Below, one piece after another: positions 26,660 through 36,541 of a DNA stretch of 64,000 nucleotides. Under the pieces are notes generated by a model. That model was not told where the DNA came from, made no database searches, and worked only from the letters and a program-made list of their open reading frames with translations. The first letter of the stretch is position 1. Each line of letters opens with the position of its first letter. The translations under genes and the position numbers were made by a program. This DNA is from Vicinamibacteria bacterium. Its GTDB lineage: Bacteria > Acidobacteriota > Vicinamibacteria > Marinacidobacterales > Marinacidobacteraceae. Location of the stretch: positions 704,001-768,000 of the forward strand of contig OY821641.1 in NCBI GenBank assembly GCA_963555995.3. Direction: 5' to 3'.

Positions 26660-29020
26660 ATGCGTTTCTGGCTGTTGCTTTCCTGTCTCGCTGTCCTGAC
26701 CGCGCTCGCCGGGTGCAGCGCCCGGTCGGGCGCGTCCACCGCCGCGCGGTCCGCGGCGGCGCCCCCGGCGCCGCCCCCGGAGCCGCTGCCCCCGCCCGAG
26801 CCGCCACAACCCCCGCGGCCCCTGCCGGAAGCCCCGGAAGACACCTGCGTGACCATCCATACCGGGGAGTGCGTGCCCACGCCGCAGTTCAACGCGATGG
26901 CGACGGAGCTGTCCGCGGAATACGCGGCGGACCGGAACTTCGAGGCGCAGTGGGGCCTCCACGCCATCAACGCCCACCTCGCCTACGGCCACGTGAACCT
27001 GCTGGAGGGGCCCGACGCTCAGCCGGGCGCCGGAGTGACCATCGGCGTCATAGACACCGGCATTGACGACGAGCACCCGATCTTCGCGGGCAAGACGATC
27101 CACAAGGAGTTCCTGTTCGGCGCCGAAGAGGAGCTCGGGGACGAGTTCTCCCACGGCACTGCGGTGGCGGGCATCGCCGCCGGGGTGCAGACCGTCAATC
27201 CCAACGCCCCGCACGGCGTGGCCTGGGGCGCCGACATCGCGCTGTGGGCGATCCCGCTCGGGGACCCCGACAACATCTACGACCCGATCAGCCTCGCAGA
27301 GCTCGCCGAGGACGATGCGGGGTGGGTGCAGATATTCCAGCCCGTGTTCGACTGGCGCGATGGGGGGAACCGGATCGACATCCTGAACCTGAGTTTCGGC
27401 TACGAGGGGCTCATCACCGAGTACGCCGCCGAGGGCCTCCGGGAGAGCCTTCCGGAGACCATCGCGGTCCTGGCCCAGGCGGATGCCGCCGAGAAGACGA
27501 TCCTCGTCTGGGCGGCGGGGAACATGAACGGCGACCGCTGCGGCTTCGGCGTCCCGAACTGCGTGGACGGCCGCATCGAAGCTGTCTCGATCGGCGTCCT
27601 GCCGGGGCTCCTCACCTACATGGAGGAACTTCAGGGGCATTCCATCGCGGTCGTCGCCCTCCAATCGGACGGCGGGGCGATCGCGGACTTCTCGAACCGG
27701 TGCGGCACCGCCGCCGAGTGGTGCATCGCGGCGCCGGGAGATGACGTGATCTTTGCCTACTTCGGGCCCGACCAGGGCGAGGACGGTGTCCGGGGCTACG
27801 CCGAAGGCGGAGGGACCTCGTTCGCCGCGCCCATGGTGTCCGGCGGGCTCGCGATCATGAAGCAGCTCTTCCGCGACCAGGTCTCGAACGAGGAGCTGGT
27901 GAGCCGGCTCTTCCGCACCGCCGACAACACCGGCATCTACGCCGACCGCGACCTCTACGGCCGCGGGCGGATGGACCTCGGGGCCGCCACCTCGCCGGTG
28001 GGGGTGCTGGACGTGCCCATCACCACCGGGACGGCCGCCCTGGCGTCCGCCGCGCTCGGTTCCACCGGGCTGCGCCTCGGGGCGGCGTTTGGGGACGGGG
28101 TGGCGGCGGCGTTCGACGGCGACGAGATCATGGCGCTCGACGGCTACGGGTCGCCGTTCTGGTACGAGCTGGAGAGCTTCACCGCGACCACCGACGGGCC
28201 GTCCATGGCGGCGCGGCTGTGGACGTTCATGGGTTCGGGGTCGGGACTGGCGGCGGTCGGCGGCGGTGGCCCGGGGCTCACGGCCTTCGGGGTCTCGGGA
28301 CCGGTGCTGCGGATGCCCAGCGCGGCGGGGAACGGGCACCTCGCGCTCGCCGAGGGGGCGGTGGCGGCGGTGGCCGGCGAGGGGCGCGGCTTCTCGGCGA
28401 TGGCGTTCACCACCGGGCCGCTCCGTCCCGCCATGCCGGCGGCCGGGGCGGCGGTGGGATGGCGGCCGGGCGAGTTCCCGGTGGGCTTCCGCGCCGGGTG
28501 GATCTCGGAGCGCGAGACGATGCTCGGGAGCCTGGGGCAGGGGGCCTTCGGGAGTCTGTCGGCGGGCACGGCGTTCGTCGGCTTCGACGGGAGCGTGGGC
28601 CTCGGCGGCTGGCGGTTCGGGGCGGGCGGCGAGTTCGGGATGGCGAACCCGGTGGCGCACGGCGGGATGATCCGGGAGATCTCGGCGCTCCGGACCAGCA
28701 CCTTCGCGGTCCACGCGACGCGGGGGTTCGAGCGCGCCGGGTCGCTGAGCTTCTCGCTGTCGCAGCCGCTCCGGGTGGAGAACGGCTGGGCGGCGCTGGC
28801 GGTGCCGGCGGCGCGAACGAAGGCGCGCGAGGTGCTCCACCGCCCGCTCCGGGCCGACCTCGCGCCCGGCGAACGGCAGCTCGACCTCGCGGCGCAGTGG
28901 AACCGGGCGCTCCCCCTCGGCGAACTGCGCCTCGGCGCGATCTGGAGCCACTGGCCCGGCCACCGGGACGCGCTCGGCCCGCAGGTCGCCCTCCTCTCCG
29001 GCTGGCGCTGGACCTTCTAG
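26660..29020 (+). CDS. S8 subtilase lipoprotein with predicted C-terminal beta-barrel-like region, paralog 1
   Basis: LAGC lipobox; IDTG, HGTAVA, AAGN, GTSFAAP; ends WRWTF. Confidence 0.9.
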   Translation: MRFWLLLSCLAVLTALAGCSARSGASTAARSAAAPPAPPPEPLPPPEPPQPPRPLPEAPEDTCVTIHTGECVPTPQFNAMATELSAEYAADRNFEAQWGLHAINAHLAYGHVNLLEGPDAQPGAGVTIGVIDTGIDDEHPIFAGKTIHKEFLFGAEEELGDEFSHGTAVAGIAAGVQTVNPNAPHGVAWGADIALWAIPLGDPDNIYDPISLAELAEDDAGWVQIFQPVFDWRDGGNRIDILNLSFGYEGLITEYAAEGLRESLPETIAVLAQADAAEKTILVWAAGNMNGDRCGFGVPNCVDGRIEAVSIGVLPGLLTYMEELQGHSIAVVALQSDGGAIADFSNRCGTAAEWCIAAPGDDVIFAYFGPDQGEDGVRGYAEGGGTSFAAPMVSGGLAIMKQLFRDQVSNEELVSRLFRTADNTGIYADRDLYGRGRMDLGAATSPVGVLDVPITTGTAALASAALGSTGLRLGAAFGDGVAAAFDGDEIMALDGYGSPFWYELESFTATTDGPSMAARLWTFMGSGSGLAAVGGGGPGLTAFGVSGPVLRMPSAAGNGHLALAEGAVAAVAGEGRGFSAMAFTTGPLRPAMPAAGAAVGWRPGEFPVGFRAGWISERETMLGSLGQGAFGSLSAGTAFVGFDGSVGLGGWRFGAGGEFGMANPVAHGGMIREISALRTSTFAVHATRGFERAGSLSFSLSQPLRVENGWAALAVPAARTKAREVLHRPLRADLAPGERQLDLAAQWNRALPLGELRLGAIWSHWPGHRDALGPQVALLSGWRWTF

Positions 29021-29028
29021 CCCGGCGT

Positions 29029-29461
29029 CGGAGCGCCAGCCTCCGGCTGGCATCGCGCGGGAGCGCGAAACCCTCATGATCGGTCCTCCTGCACACCCCG
29101 TTGGGCATGAAAACAGCGAAGACGGCTGGGAGCGCCGCTCTTCAGAGCGGCACAGCGGGCCGCAGGTCCGCGGATGTCGTGTCGCTGGTTGCGGCGATGA
29201 ACCGAGAGCAGAGCGCCACCGCGCCGGACCGCGTCGCGCCGGGCGCTGCGCTGTCGCGCAGCGCGTGCCGGTCTGAAGACCGGCGCTCCCAGGCGGCGGC
29301 GCCGCCCACGCTGGCTGACCCTTCGCCCAGACTGCACTTTCGCAGCAAACCCGGGCCGACGGCGCTCCTCCCCGTGAACGGCGGGCCACCTTCGGCTCTC
29401 TGGGGCGGCGCGCGATTCGCTCCCCTGGGGGGAGCGATGCCGGCCGGAGGCCGGCGCTCCG
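29029..29461. mobile_element. Nested repeat: composite REPIN (29068-29350, minus strand) inside an inverted pair of a second REP type
   Basis: CGGAGCGCCAGCCTCCGGCTGGCATCGC at 29029 and its inverse GCGATGCCGGCCGGAGGCCGGCGCTCCG at ~29435. Confidence 0.7.
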
Positions 29462-29480
29462 ACCCTTTACAGTGACACGC

Positions 29481-31775
29481 ATGACATCGCTCCGTCCTCT
29501 GCTTCCGCTGTTGCTCGCCGCCGCCGCAATCGGCGGTTGTTCTCAGCGTTCCGGGACGACCCGGACGGTCCCGCCCGCGCCTCCGCCGCCGCCGCCGTGC
29601 GTGCCCACCCACGCGGGCGACTGCGTTGCGGCCGCGGAGTTCACCGCCATGGCGGAGGAGCTCGCGCCGGAGTACGCGGGGGATCCGCAGTTCCGGAACC
29701 AGTGGGGTCTCGACAGCATCAACGCGCAGGTCGCCTACGCGAACCTGAACCTGCTGCTCGGGCCCGACGCCGAGCCGGGCGCGGGGGTGACCGTGGGGTT
29801 CGTGGACAGCGGGATTGATGTGGAACACCCGGCGTTCGCGGACAAGACGGTGTACTTCGAGACGCTGTTCGGGGCCGAACCCGAGACCGGCGAGGAGGGC
29901 GCCTCCCACGGGACGGCGGTGGCGAGCGTCGCGGCGGGCGGCCGGTTCGATCACCGGTTCGCGATGCACGGGGTGGCCTGGGGGGCCGACGTGGCGATGT
30001 GGTCCATCCCGCTCGGGAGCGCGGGCGGCCCCTACGAGCCGATCACGCTGGAGCAACTGGCGGAGTCGGACGAGGGGTTCGCAACCATCTTCGAGCGGGC
30101 GTTCGCGTGGCGCGACGCGGGGAACCGGCTCGACATCCTGAACCTGAGCATCGGCTACGAGGGCCTCACCGAGCACTACGGCGGGGAGGACCTGCGGGCG
30201 AACCTGCCGGAGATGGTCCGGACGCTGGCCCAGGCGGGCGCCGACGAGAAGACGATCCTCGTCTGGGCGGCGGGGAACCAGCACGGCGACCGCTGCGCCG
30301 CCGGCGTCGCCGGCTGCGTGAACGGTCGCGTGAACGCCACCTCGGTCGCGATCAACGCCGGGCTGCCCGCCTATTTCGAGGAACTCCGCGGACACTCGGT
30401 CGCGGTGGTGGCGCTGAACCCCCACGACCAGGCCCTCAGCTTCTTCTCGAACCGCTGCGGGATCGCCGCCGACTTCTGCATCGCCGCCCCCGGCTACGAC
30501 GTGGCGCTCGCCTACTTCGGACCCTACGAGGGAGAGGTCATCCGGGGGTACGCGGTCGGCGGCGGGACCTCCTTCGCCGCCCCCATGGTCTCCGGCGGGC
30601 TGGCGGTCATGAAGCAGCTCTTCCGGGACCAGCTCTCGAACGAGGAGCTGGTGCGCCGGCTGTTCGCCACCGCCGACAAGTCCGGCATCTACGCCGACCG
30701 GGAGATCTACGGCCAGGGCCGGATGGACCTCGGGGCCGCCACCTCGCCGGTGGGGGTGCTGGAGGTGCCGGTCGCCGCCGGGCTCGCGGCCCGGGCGCAC
30801 GCGTCGCTCGGGTCCACCGGGCTGCGCCTCGGGGCCGCGTTCGGCGACGGGCTGGCGGCGGCCTTCGACGGGGACGAGATCATGGCGCTCGACGACCACG
30901 GAGCGCCCTTCTGGTACCCGATGGGGGACTTCGCGGCGACCACGGACGGTCCCTCGATGTCCGCGCGGCTCCGGACGTTCCTGGGGCCGGGTCCGGGCGG
31001 CCTCGCGGCGGGCGGCGGTTCGGGCGGGATGCCCGGCGCGCTCGGGACGACGGCGGGCGTCGTCCGGATGCCGACGGCGGCCGGGAACGGGCACCTCGCG
31101 CTCGCCGAGGGCGCGGTGCGGGTGGGCGCCACCGAGGCGGGCGGGCTGTCGGCGACCGCCTTCACGACCGGCCCGCTGCGCCCCGCCATGCCGGCGACGG
31201 GGGCGGCGCTGGCGTGGCGTCCGGGATCGCTGCCGGTGGGGTTCCGCGCGGGGTGGATCTCGGAGCGGGAGACGATGCTCGGGAGCCTGGGGACGGGCGC
31301 GTTCGGCGGCCTGTCGGCGGGGACGGCGTTCCTCGGCTTCGACGGGGGCCTGGACCTCGGGGGGTGGCGGTTCGGGGCGGGCGGCGAGTTCGGGGTGGTG
31401 AACCCGGGCGTCACGGGCGGGCTGATCCGGGAGATCACGCCGCTCGCCACCAGCACCTTCGCGGTCCACGCGAGCCGGGCGTTCGCGCGGGCGGGGTCGG
31501 TCGCCTTCTCGCTGTCGCAGCCGCTCCGGGTGGAGAGCGGCTGGGCGGCGCTGACGGCGCCGGCGGCGCGGACGAAGCGGGGGGAGGTGCTCTACCGCTC
31601 GTTCCGGACGGACCTCGCGCCGGGGGAGAGGCAGCTCGACCTCGCGGCGCAGTGGAACCGGGCGCTCCCGCTCGGGGAGCTGCGGCTGGGGGCGGTCTGG
31701 AGCCGTTGGCCGGGGCACCGGGGGGCGCTGGGCGCGCAGGCGGTGGCCCTGGCGGGGTGGCGCTGGACGTTCTAG
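29481..31775 (+). CDS. S8 subtilase lipoprotein, paralog 2
   Basis: IGGC lipobox; VDSG, HGTAVA, AAGN, GTSFAAP; ends WRWTF; collinear with paralog 1. Confidence 0.9.
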   Translation: MTSLRPLLPLLLAAAAIGGCSQRSGTTRTVPPAPPPPPPCVPTHAGDCVAAAEFTAMAEELAPEYAGDPQFRNQWGLDSINAQVAYANLNLLLGPDAEPGAGVTVGFVDSGIDVEHPAFADKTVYFETLFGAEPETGEEGASHGTAVASVAAGGRFDHRFAMHGVAWGADVAMWSIPLGSAGGPYEPITLEQLAESDEGFATIFERAFAWRDAGNRLDILNLSIGYEGLTEHYGGEDLRANLPEMVRTLAQAGADEKTILVWAAGNQHGDRCAAGVAGCVNGRVNATSVAINAGLPAYFEELRGHSVAVVALNPHDQALSFFSNRCGIAADFCIAAPGYDVALAYFGPYEGEVIRGYAVGGGTSFAAPMVSGGLAVMKQLFRDQLSNEELVRRLFATADKSGIYADREIYGQGRMDLGAATSPVGVLEVPVAAGLAARAHASLGSTGLRLGAAFGDGLAAAFDGDEIMALDDHGAPFWYPMGDFAATTDGPSMSARLRTFLGPGPGGLAAGGGSGGMPGALGTTAGVVRMPTAAGNGHLALAEGAVRVGATEAGGLSATAFTTGPLRPAMPATGAALAWRPGSLPVGFRAGWISERETMLGSLGTGAFGGLSAGTAFLGFDGGLDLGGWRFGAGGEFGVVNPGVTGGLIREITPLATSTFAVHASRAFARAGSVAFSLSQPLRVESGWAALTAPAARTKRGEVLYRSFRTDLAPGERQLDLAAQWNRALPLGELRLGAVWSRWPGHRGALGAQAVALAGWRWTF

Positions 31776-31896
31776 GCGGAGTTGGGGCCGGCGGGGGGCT
31801 GTGAGGGGGGGTGGAAGTTGGGACGTGCGCGGCGCGGAGCGCCGCGGCGCCGGTCTGGAGACCGGCGTTCCAAGGGCGTGCGAGACTGACGGCGTC

Positions 31897-33135
31897 GTGT
31901 TCCGCCGTGCCGCGCTGCTGGTCCTGGTTGGCGGGTTGCTGGTTGCCCGCGCCGCGGCGGGAGCGCAGCCGGGGGCCGGCGATGCCGCGGCCGCGATTGC
32001 CGCCGCCGAGGCGGTGGGGGCGCAGTTCCTCTTCGACTACGACTTCGAGGACGCGCTCGGGACCTACCGGGAGCTGGGCGAGCGGTTCCCGGAGCATCCG
32101 AGCGGGCCCTACAACGCGGCCGTCACCGTCTGGACGCGGCTCGCCCAGCGGAGCAACGCGGTCCGGGGTCCCAGCCTGCGGAACGACCGGTTCTTCTCGC
32201 AGGACGGCCGCCCGGAGCCCGCGCCCGGCGAGGAGGCGGCCTTCCGCGAGCACCTGGAGGAGGCCTACCGGCGGGCGGAAGCCCTGCTCGCACGCGACCC
32301 GGACCACCCGGAGGGGCTTTACCACCTCGGCGCCGCCGAGGGGCTCGAGGCCGGGTGGGCGGTGGTCGTGGACCGCGCCTGGTTCCGCGCCACCCGGCTG
32401 ATCCGGCGCGCGGTGGGCCGCCACCGGCGGCTCCGGGAACGCGACCCCGGGTTCCGGGACGCCTACGTGATTCCGGGGACCTACGTGTACTCGATCGCCC
32501 GGCTGCCGCGCGCGCTGCGGATGATCGCCTTCCTGTTCGGGATGCGCGGCGACCTCGAGGGCGGGCTGGCGGAGATCCGGATCACCGGGGACGAGGGGCG
32601 GCGGGCGCGCTGGGGGAGCCTGTGGACCTACGAGCTGCTGATGCAGCGCGAGGGGCGGGAGGAGGAGGCGCTGGAGGCGGTCCGGCGGCTGCGGGGCCGG
32701 TTCCCGAAGAACCCGGACTTCGCGCTCGACGAGATCACCGTCCTCACGGCGCTGGGGCGGTTCGAGGCGGCCGTGGGACGCGGGGAAGCGGTCCTCGCCC
32801 GCCGCGAGGCCGGGTTCGGGAACTACCACCTGCTGCTGCCGGGGCTCGCCGAGGCCGGGCTCGGGGAGGCCCTCCTGTTCGGGGAGCGCTGGGCCGAGGC
32901 CGAGGCCGTCCTGGACCGGGGGCTCGCGGCCGGGCCGAGCCCCGAGGTCCGGGCGAACCTGCTCCTCCGCCGCGCGAACGCCCGCGACGGCGCCGGCCGG
33001 CGGCCCGAGGCGCTCTACGACTACGGCGAGGTCATCCGGCTCGACGCGGACGACATCCTCAAGGACTGGGCGACCGCCCTCCGCCAGGCCCCCTGGCCCC
33101 ACGCGGCCCCCCCAGGCTCCCACCCAACCCGCTAA
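31897..33135 (+). CDS. Secreted TPR-like helical-repeat protein, paralog 1
   Basis: Signal peptide; helical repeats; RFPKNPDF; start approximate. Confidence 0.75.
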   Translation: MFRRAALLVLVGGLLVARAAAGAQPGAGDAAAAIAAAEAVGAQFLFDYDFEDALGTYRELGERFPEHPSGPYNAAVTVWTRLAQRSNAVRGPSLRNDRFFSQDGRPEPAPGEEAAFREHLEEAYRRAEALLARDPDHPEGLYHLGAAEGLEAGWAVVVDRAWFRATRLIRRAVGRHRRLRERDPGFRDAYVIPGTYVYSIARLPRALRMIAFLFGMRGDLEGGLAEIRITGDEGRRARWGSLWTYELLMQREGREEEALEAVRRLRGRFPKNPDFALDEITVLTALGRFEAAVGRGEAVLARREAGFGNYHLLLPGLAEAGLGEALLFGERWAEAEAVLDRGLAAGPSPEVRANLLLRRANARDGAGRRPEALYDYGEVIRLDADDILKDWATALRQAPWPHAAPPGSHPTR

Positions 33136-33239
33136 CCCGCCCCAACTCCACCACGCACCGCCACTCCCACAAGCCGGCGGCGCCGGTGCACCCGTGGGGC
33201 GACCCGCGCGACACCACCCGTGCGACACTCCCGGCGCCC

Positions 33240-34481
33240 GTGCTCCGCCACGCCCTCCGCCTCGTCACCGCCGGCGTGCTCCTCCCGGCCGCGCTCGCGG
33301 CCGCCGCGGCCCAGCCCGCACCCGCGGAGCCGTCAGAGGAACTCGCCGCCCTCGAGACCGCCGGCTCGCAACTGCTCTTCGACTACGACTTCGACGCGGC
33401 GTTCGAGCACTACGCCGCCGTCAGCGAGCGCTTCCCCGAACACCCCACCGGCCCCTACAACCTCGCCACCACGGTCTGGAGCCGGCTGGCCCAGCGCAGC
33501 AACGGGATGCGCGGGTCGAGCCTCCGCAACGACCGCTTCTTCTCCCAGCAGGGCCGTCCGGACGCCACGCCGGCGGAGGAGGCCGCCTTCCGCGAGCACC
33601 TGGAGGAGGCGTACCGGCGGGGCCGGGCGCTCCTCGAACGCGATCCCGACCATCTGGAAGCGCTCTACTACCTCGGCGCCGCCGAGGCGCTCGAGTCCGG
33701 CTGGTCGGTGATCGTGGACCGCGCCTGGTTCCGGGCGGCGCGCGAGATCCGGCGCGGCGTGGGCCGCCACCGGCGGGTGCAGGAACTCGACCCCGGCTTC
33801 CGGGACGCCTACGCGGTCCCGGGGGCCTACGACTACGGGATCGCCACCCTGCCGCGGGCGCTCCGCTGGCTCGCGTTCCTGTTCGGGATGCGCGGCGACC
33901 GGGAGGAGGGGCTGCGCGGGGTGGAGATCACCGCGAACGAGGGCCGGCGGGCGCGCTGGGGCGGGCTGTGGACCTGGGCGCTGCTGATGCAGCGCGAGGA
34001 GCGGGAGGACGAGGCGCTCGCCGCGATCCGGCGGCTGAACGCGCGGTTCCCGAAGAACCCGGACTTCGTGCTCGACGAGGTCAGCATCCTGACCGCCCGC
34101 GGCGATTTCGAGGCCGCGCGCGAGCTCGCCGAACGCGTCCTCGAACGCCGGGAGGCGGGCTTCGGGAACTACCGGCTGGTCCTCCCCGGGCTCGTCGAGG
34201 CCCGGCTCGGCGAGGCGCTCCTGTTCGCCGAGCGCTGGCAGGAAGCCGAGGCGGTGCTCAGCCGCGGCCTCGCCGCCGAACCGAACCCCGAGGTCCGCGC
34301 GATCCTGCACTTCCGCCGGGGGAACGCCCGCGACGGCGCCGGCGCGCGCGGAACGGCCCTCACCGACTACGGCCGCGTCCTCCGCGACGACGCCGACCCG
34401 GTCCTCGGCGACTGGGCGGAGGCGCTGCGGCGCGCCCCCTGGCCGGACGCCGCCCCGGAGGGATCGCACCCGGGACGGTAG
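33240..34481 (+). CDS. Secreted TPR-like helical-repeat protein, paralog 2
   Basis: C-terminal part of ORF 32355-34481, collinear with paralog 1; GTG start inferred. Confidence 0.75.
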   Translation: MLRHALRLVTAGVLLPAALAAAAAQPAPAEPSEELAALETAGSQLLFDYDFDAAFEHYAAVSERFPEHPTGPYNLATTVWSRLAQRSNGMRGSSLRNDRFFSQQGRPDATPAEEAAFREHLEEAYRRGRALLERDPDHLEALYYLGAAEALESGWSVIVDRAWFRAAREIRRGVGRHRRVQELDPGFRDAYAVPGAYDYGIATLPRALRWLAFLFGMRGDREEGLRGVEITANEGRRARWGGLWTWALLMQREEREDEALAAIRRLNARFPKNPDFVLDEVSILTARGDFEAARELAERVLERREAGFGNYRLVLPGLVEARLGEALLFAERWQEAEAVLSRGLAAEPNPEVRAILHFRRGNARDGAGARGTALTDYGRVLRDDADPVLGDWAEALRRAPWPDAAPEGSHPGR

Positions 34482-34495
34482 GGCTGGACGCGGAC

Positions 34496-34747
34496 CTACA
34501 ACTGCGGGATTCTGGCCCTGGCTTCTGAGAGCTTCCCGAAGAACCGGAACAGTTTCTTCACATGGAACAGCGCGATCTCCGGGTTTGTGCGGCCGTGCGC
34601 CCCTTTGGGCAGCGCCACGAACGCTCTCGGCTTGAGCGCGGGACAGTAGATGTGGATGCCGTGCTCCTTGCGCTTCATCTCCCAACCGGGGAGAAGCTCA
34701 TCCATCCACTTCGTCAGGTGGTTCCAGCGGATCTGGCCGGAACTCAC
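34496..34747 (-). CDS. HicA-like small basic toxin
   Basis: 83 aa, helix-3 strands-helix pattern, KGAHG...EIALFHVKKLFR; atypical codon usage. Confidence 0.5.
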   Translation of the reverse strand: MSSGQIRWNHLTKWMDELLPGWEMKRKEHGIHIYCPALKPRAFVALPKGAHGRTNPEIALFHVKKLFRFFGKLSEARARIPQL

Positions 34748-34765
34748 CGCCGGATCCCGCGGCGG

Positions 34766-35251
34766 TCAAGCCGCCATTTCGAGCGCTGGGGCTACCGCGA
34801 CTCTTGGCTCCGGATTCAACGCCGGCGATGACTTTGACGGCTGGAGGCGCTCGACGCTGATTTCGGCCGGAAGCGCCTCGGTTTCGCGTCTCAGGCCGGC
34901 GCCCTCGGCGGGGGTTGTTCCCGCCCGGATTGCGCCGCGGGCCTTCTCCCACTCCGCGACGCTCTCATCGTCGGTGGCCGCGATGAAGTCCGTGGCTGCC
35001 TCCTGGAACGCGTGGAACGTGTCAGCGTCCCTGGCGAGATCGAACAGGGTCGCGGCCAAACCCAGCTTGAAATCAACATAGGCGGAGTTCATGTCTTCCC
35101 CGCCTGCCGCCAATCCTCCCGGGTTGACACCGTAGATGCAGGTCGCTCCGTACTCCTCGACACAGGTGATCCGGCCCCGGATGCGGACGTCAGCCACGAA
35201 ACGACGCCCGTACACGGGAATCCGGAACTGGAAATAGAGAGGGATGCTCAT
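34766..35251 (-). CDS. HicB-like antitoxin candidate
   Basis: C-terminal 161 aa of the long ORF; IYGVNPGGLAAGGEDMNSAYVDF resembles the HicB N-domain; upstream of the HicA-like gene. Confidence 0.5.
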   Translation of the reverse strand: MSIPLYFQFRIPVYGRRFVADVRIRGRITCVEEYGATCIYGVNPGGLAAGGEDMNSAYVDFKLGLAATLFDLARDADTFHAFQEAATDFIAATDDESVAEWEKARGAIRAGTTPAEGAGLRRETEALPAEISVERLQPSKSSPALNPEPRVAVAPALEMAA

Positions 35252-35362
35252 CGGGTCGTGGTGGCGAAGTCGCTGTTTACCGGATTCTATTCCGCGAGTC
35301 AAAGCCAAGCCTCGCAATTCCGGGCGGTCCGCATCGGCCTGACCGTTCCTATAATCGCCGGG

Positions 35363-36499
35363 ATGTCGCTCCGCCGCACCCCGCTCCACGCGCTCCACCA
35401 GGAACTCGGCGGCCGCCTCGTGCCGTTCGCCGGCTGGGAGATGCCGGTGCAGTTCGGCGGGGTGGTCTCGGAGCACCTCGCGGTGCGGCGGCAGGCGGGG
35501 CTCTTCGACGTGAGCCACATGGGCGAGCTGCGGGTCACGGGGCCGGACGCGCTGCCGCTGCTGCAGCGGCTGACCCCGAACGACGTGTCGCGGCTCGCGC
35601 CGGGCCGGGCGCAGTACTCGGCGCTCACCACCGACGCGGGCGGCTTCGTGGACGACATCATCGTCTACCGGCGCGGGGAGGAGTCCTTCCTGGTGGTCAC
35701 GAACGCCGCGAACACCGCCCGCGACCTCGCCTGGATCCGGGAGCGGGGCGGGGTCGCCGCGGAGTGCGTGGAGGACCTGAGCGACGAGACGGCGCTGCTC
35801 GCGCTCCAGGGGCCGCGCGCGCAGGCGATCCTGCAGATGCTGACCGACCTGGACCTCGCCGCGGTGCGCTACTACCGGTTCGCCGAGGGGGAGGTCGCGG
35901 GAGTCCCGGGGACCGTCGCCCGGATGGGATACACCGGGGAGGACGGCTTCGAGATCATGGTTCCGGCGGACCGGGCCGAGGGGCTCGCGCGGCGCCTCTT
36001 CGAGGCCGGGGCGCCGGAGGGGCTGGTCCCCACCGGGCTCGGGGCGCGGGACACGCTGCGGCTGGAGGCCAAGATGGCGCTCCACGGGAACGACATTGAC
36101 GAGGACCACTCCGTCGAGGAGGCGGACCTCGGGTGGATCGTGAAGCCCGACAAGGGCGACTTCATCGGCCGCGACGCGCTGGTGGCCCAGCGCGAGAACG
36201 GCGTCACCCGGAAGCTCGTCGGTTTCGAGCTGCGGGACCGGGGGGTGCCGCGCCACGGCTATCCCATCGTGGTGAACGGCGAGCCCTTCGGTGAGGTGAC
36301 GAGCGGCGGCCACGCCCCCTTCCTGAAGAAGAGCCTCGGGCTCGCCTACCTGCCGGCGGACGCCTGCGAGCCGGGCCAGGCCTTCGAGGTCGTGATCCGG
36401 GGGCGTCCCGTCCCCGCCGAAGTGGTGCCCACGCCGTTCTACGTGCGGCCCGGCAAGAAAAAGAAGAAGAAGAAACGCGCCGCGGCGTCCACCGCCTGA
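35363..36499 (+). CDS. gcvT: Glycine cleavage aminomethyltransferase
   Basis: FAGWEMPVQF, GLFDVSHMG, GYTGEDGFE, GLGARDTLRLEA. Confidence 0.96.
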   Translation: MSLRRTPLHALHQELGGRLVPFAGWEMPVQFGGVVSEHLAVRRQAGLFDVSHMGELRVTGPDALPLLQRLTPNDVSRLAPGRAQYSALTTDAGGFVDDIIVYRRGEESFLVVTNAANTARDLAWIRERGGVAAECVEDLSDETALLALQGPRAQAILQMLTDLDLAAVRYYRFAEGEVAGVPGTVARMGYTGEDGFEIMVPADRAEGLARRLFEAGAPEGLVPTGLGARDTLRLEAKMALHGNDIDEDHSVEEADLGWIVKPDKGDFIGRDALVAQRENGVTRKLVGFELRDRGVPRHGYPIVVNGEPFGEVTSGGHAPFLKKSLGLAYLPADACEPGQAFEVVIRGRPVPAEVVPTPFYVRPGKKKKKKKRAAASTA

Positions 36500-36541
36500 C
36501 CGAACCCAACCTGCCGAACCCAACCTGACCCCGGAGAACCG

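Noticed and set aside
35252-35362. Glycine riboswitch upstream of gcvT
   Set aside because: No GGAGA/CAGG/CTCTGG aptamer motifs; TATAAT sits 7 nt before the ATG
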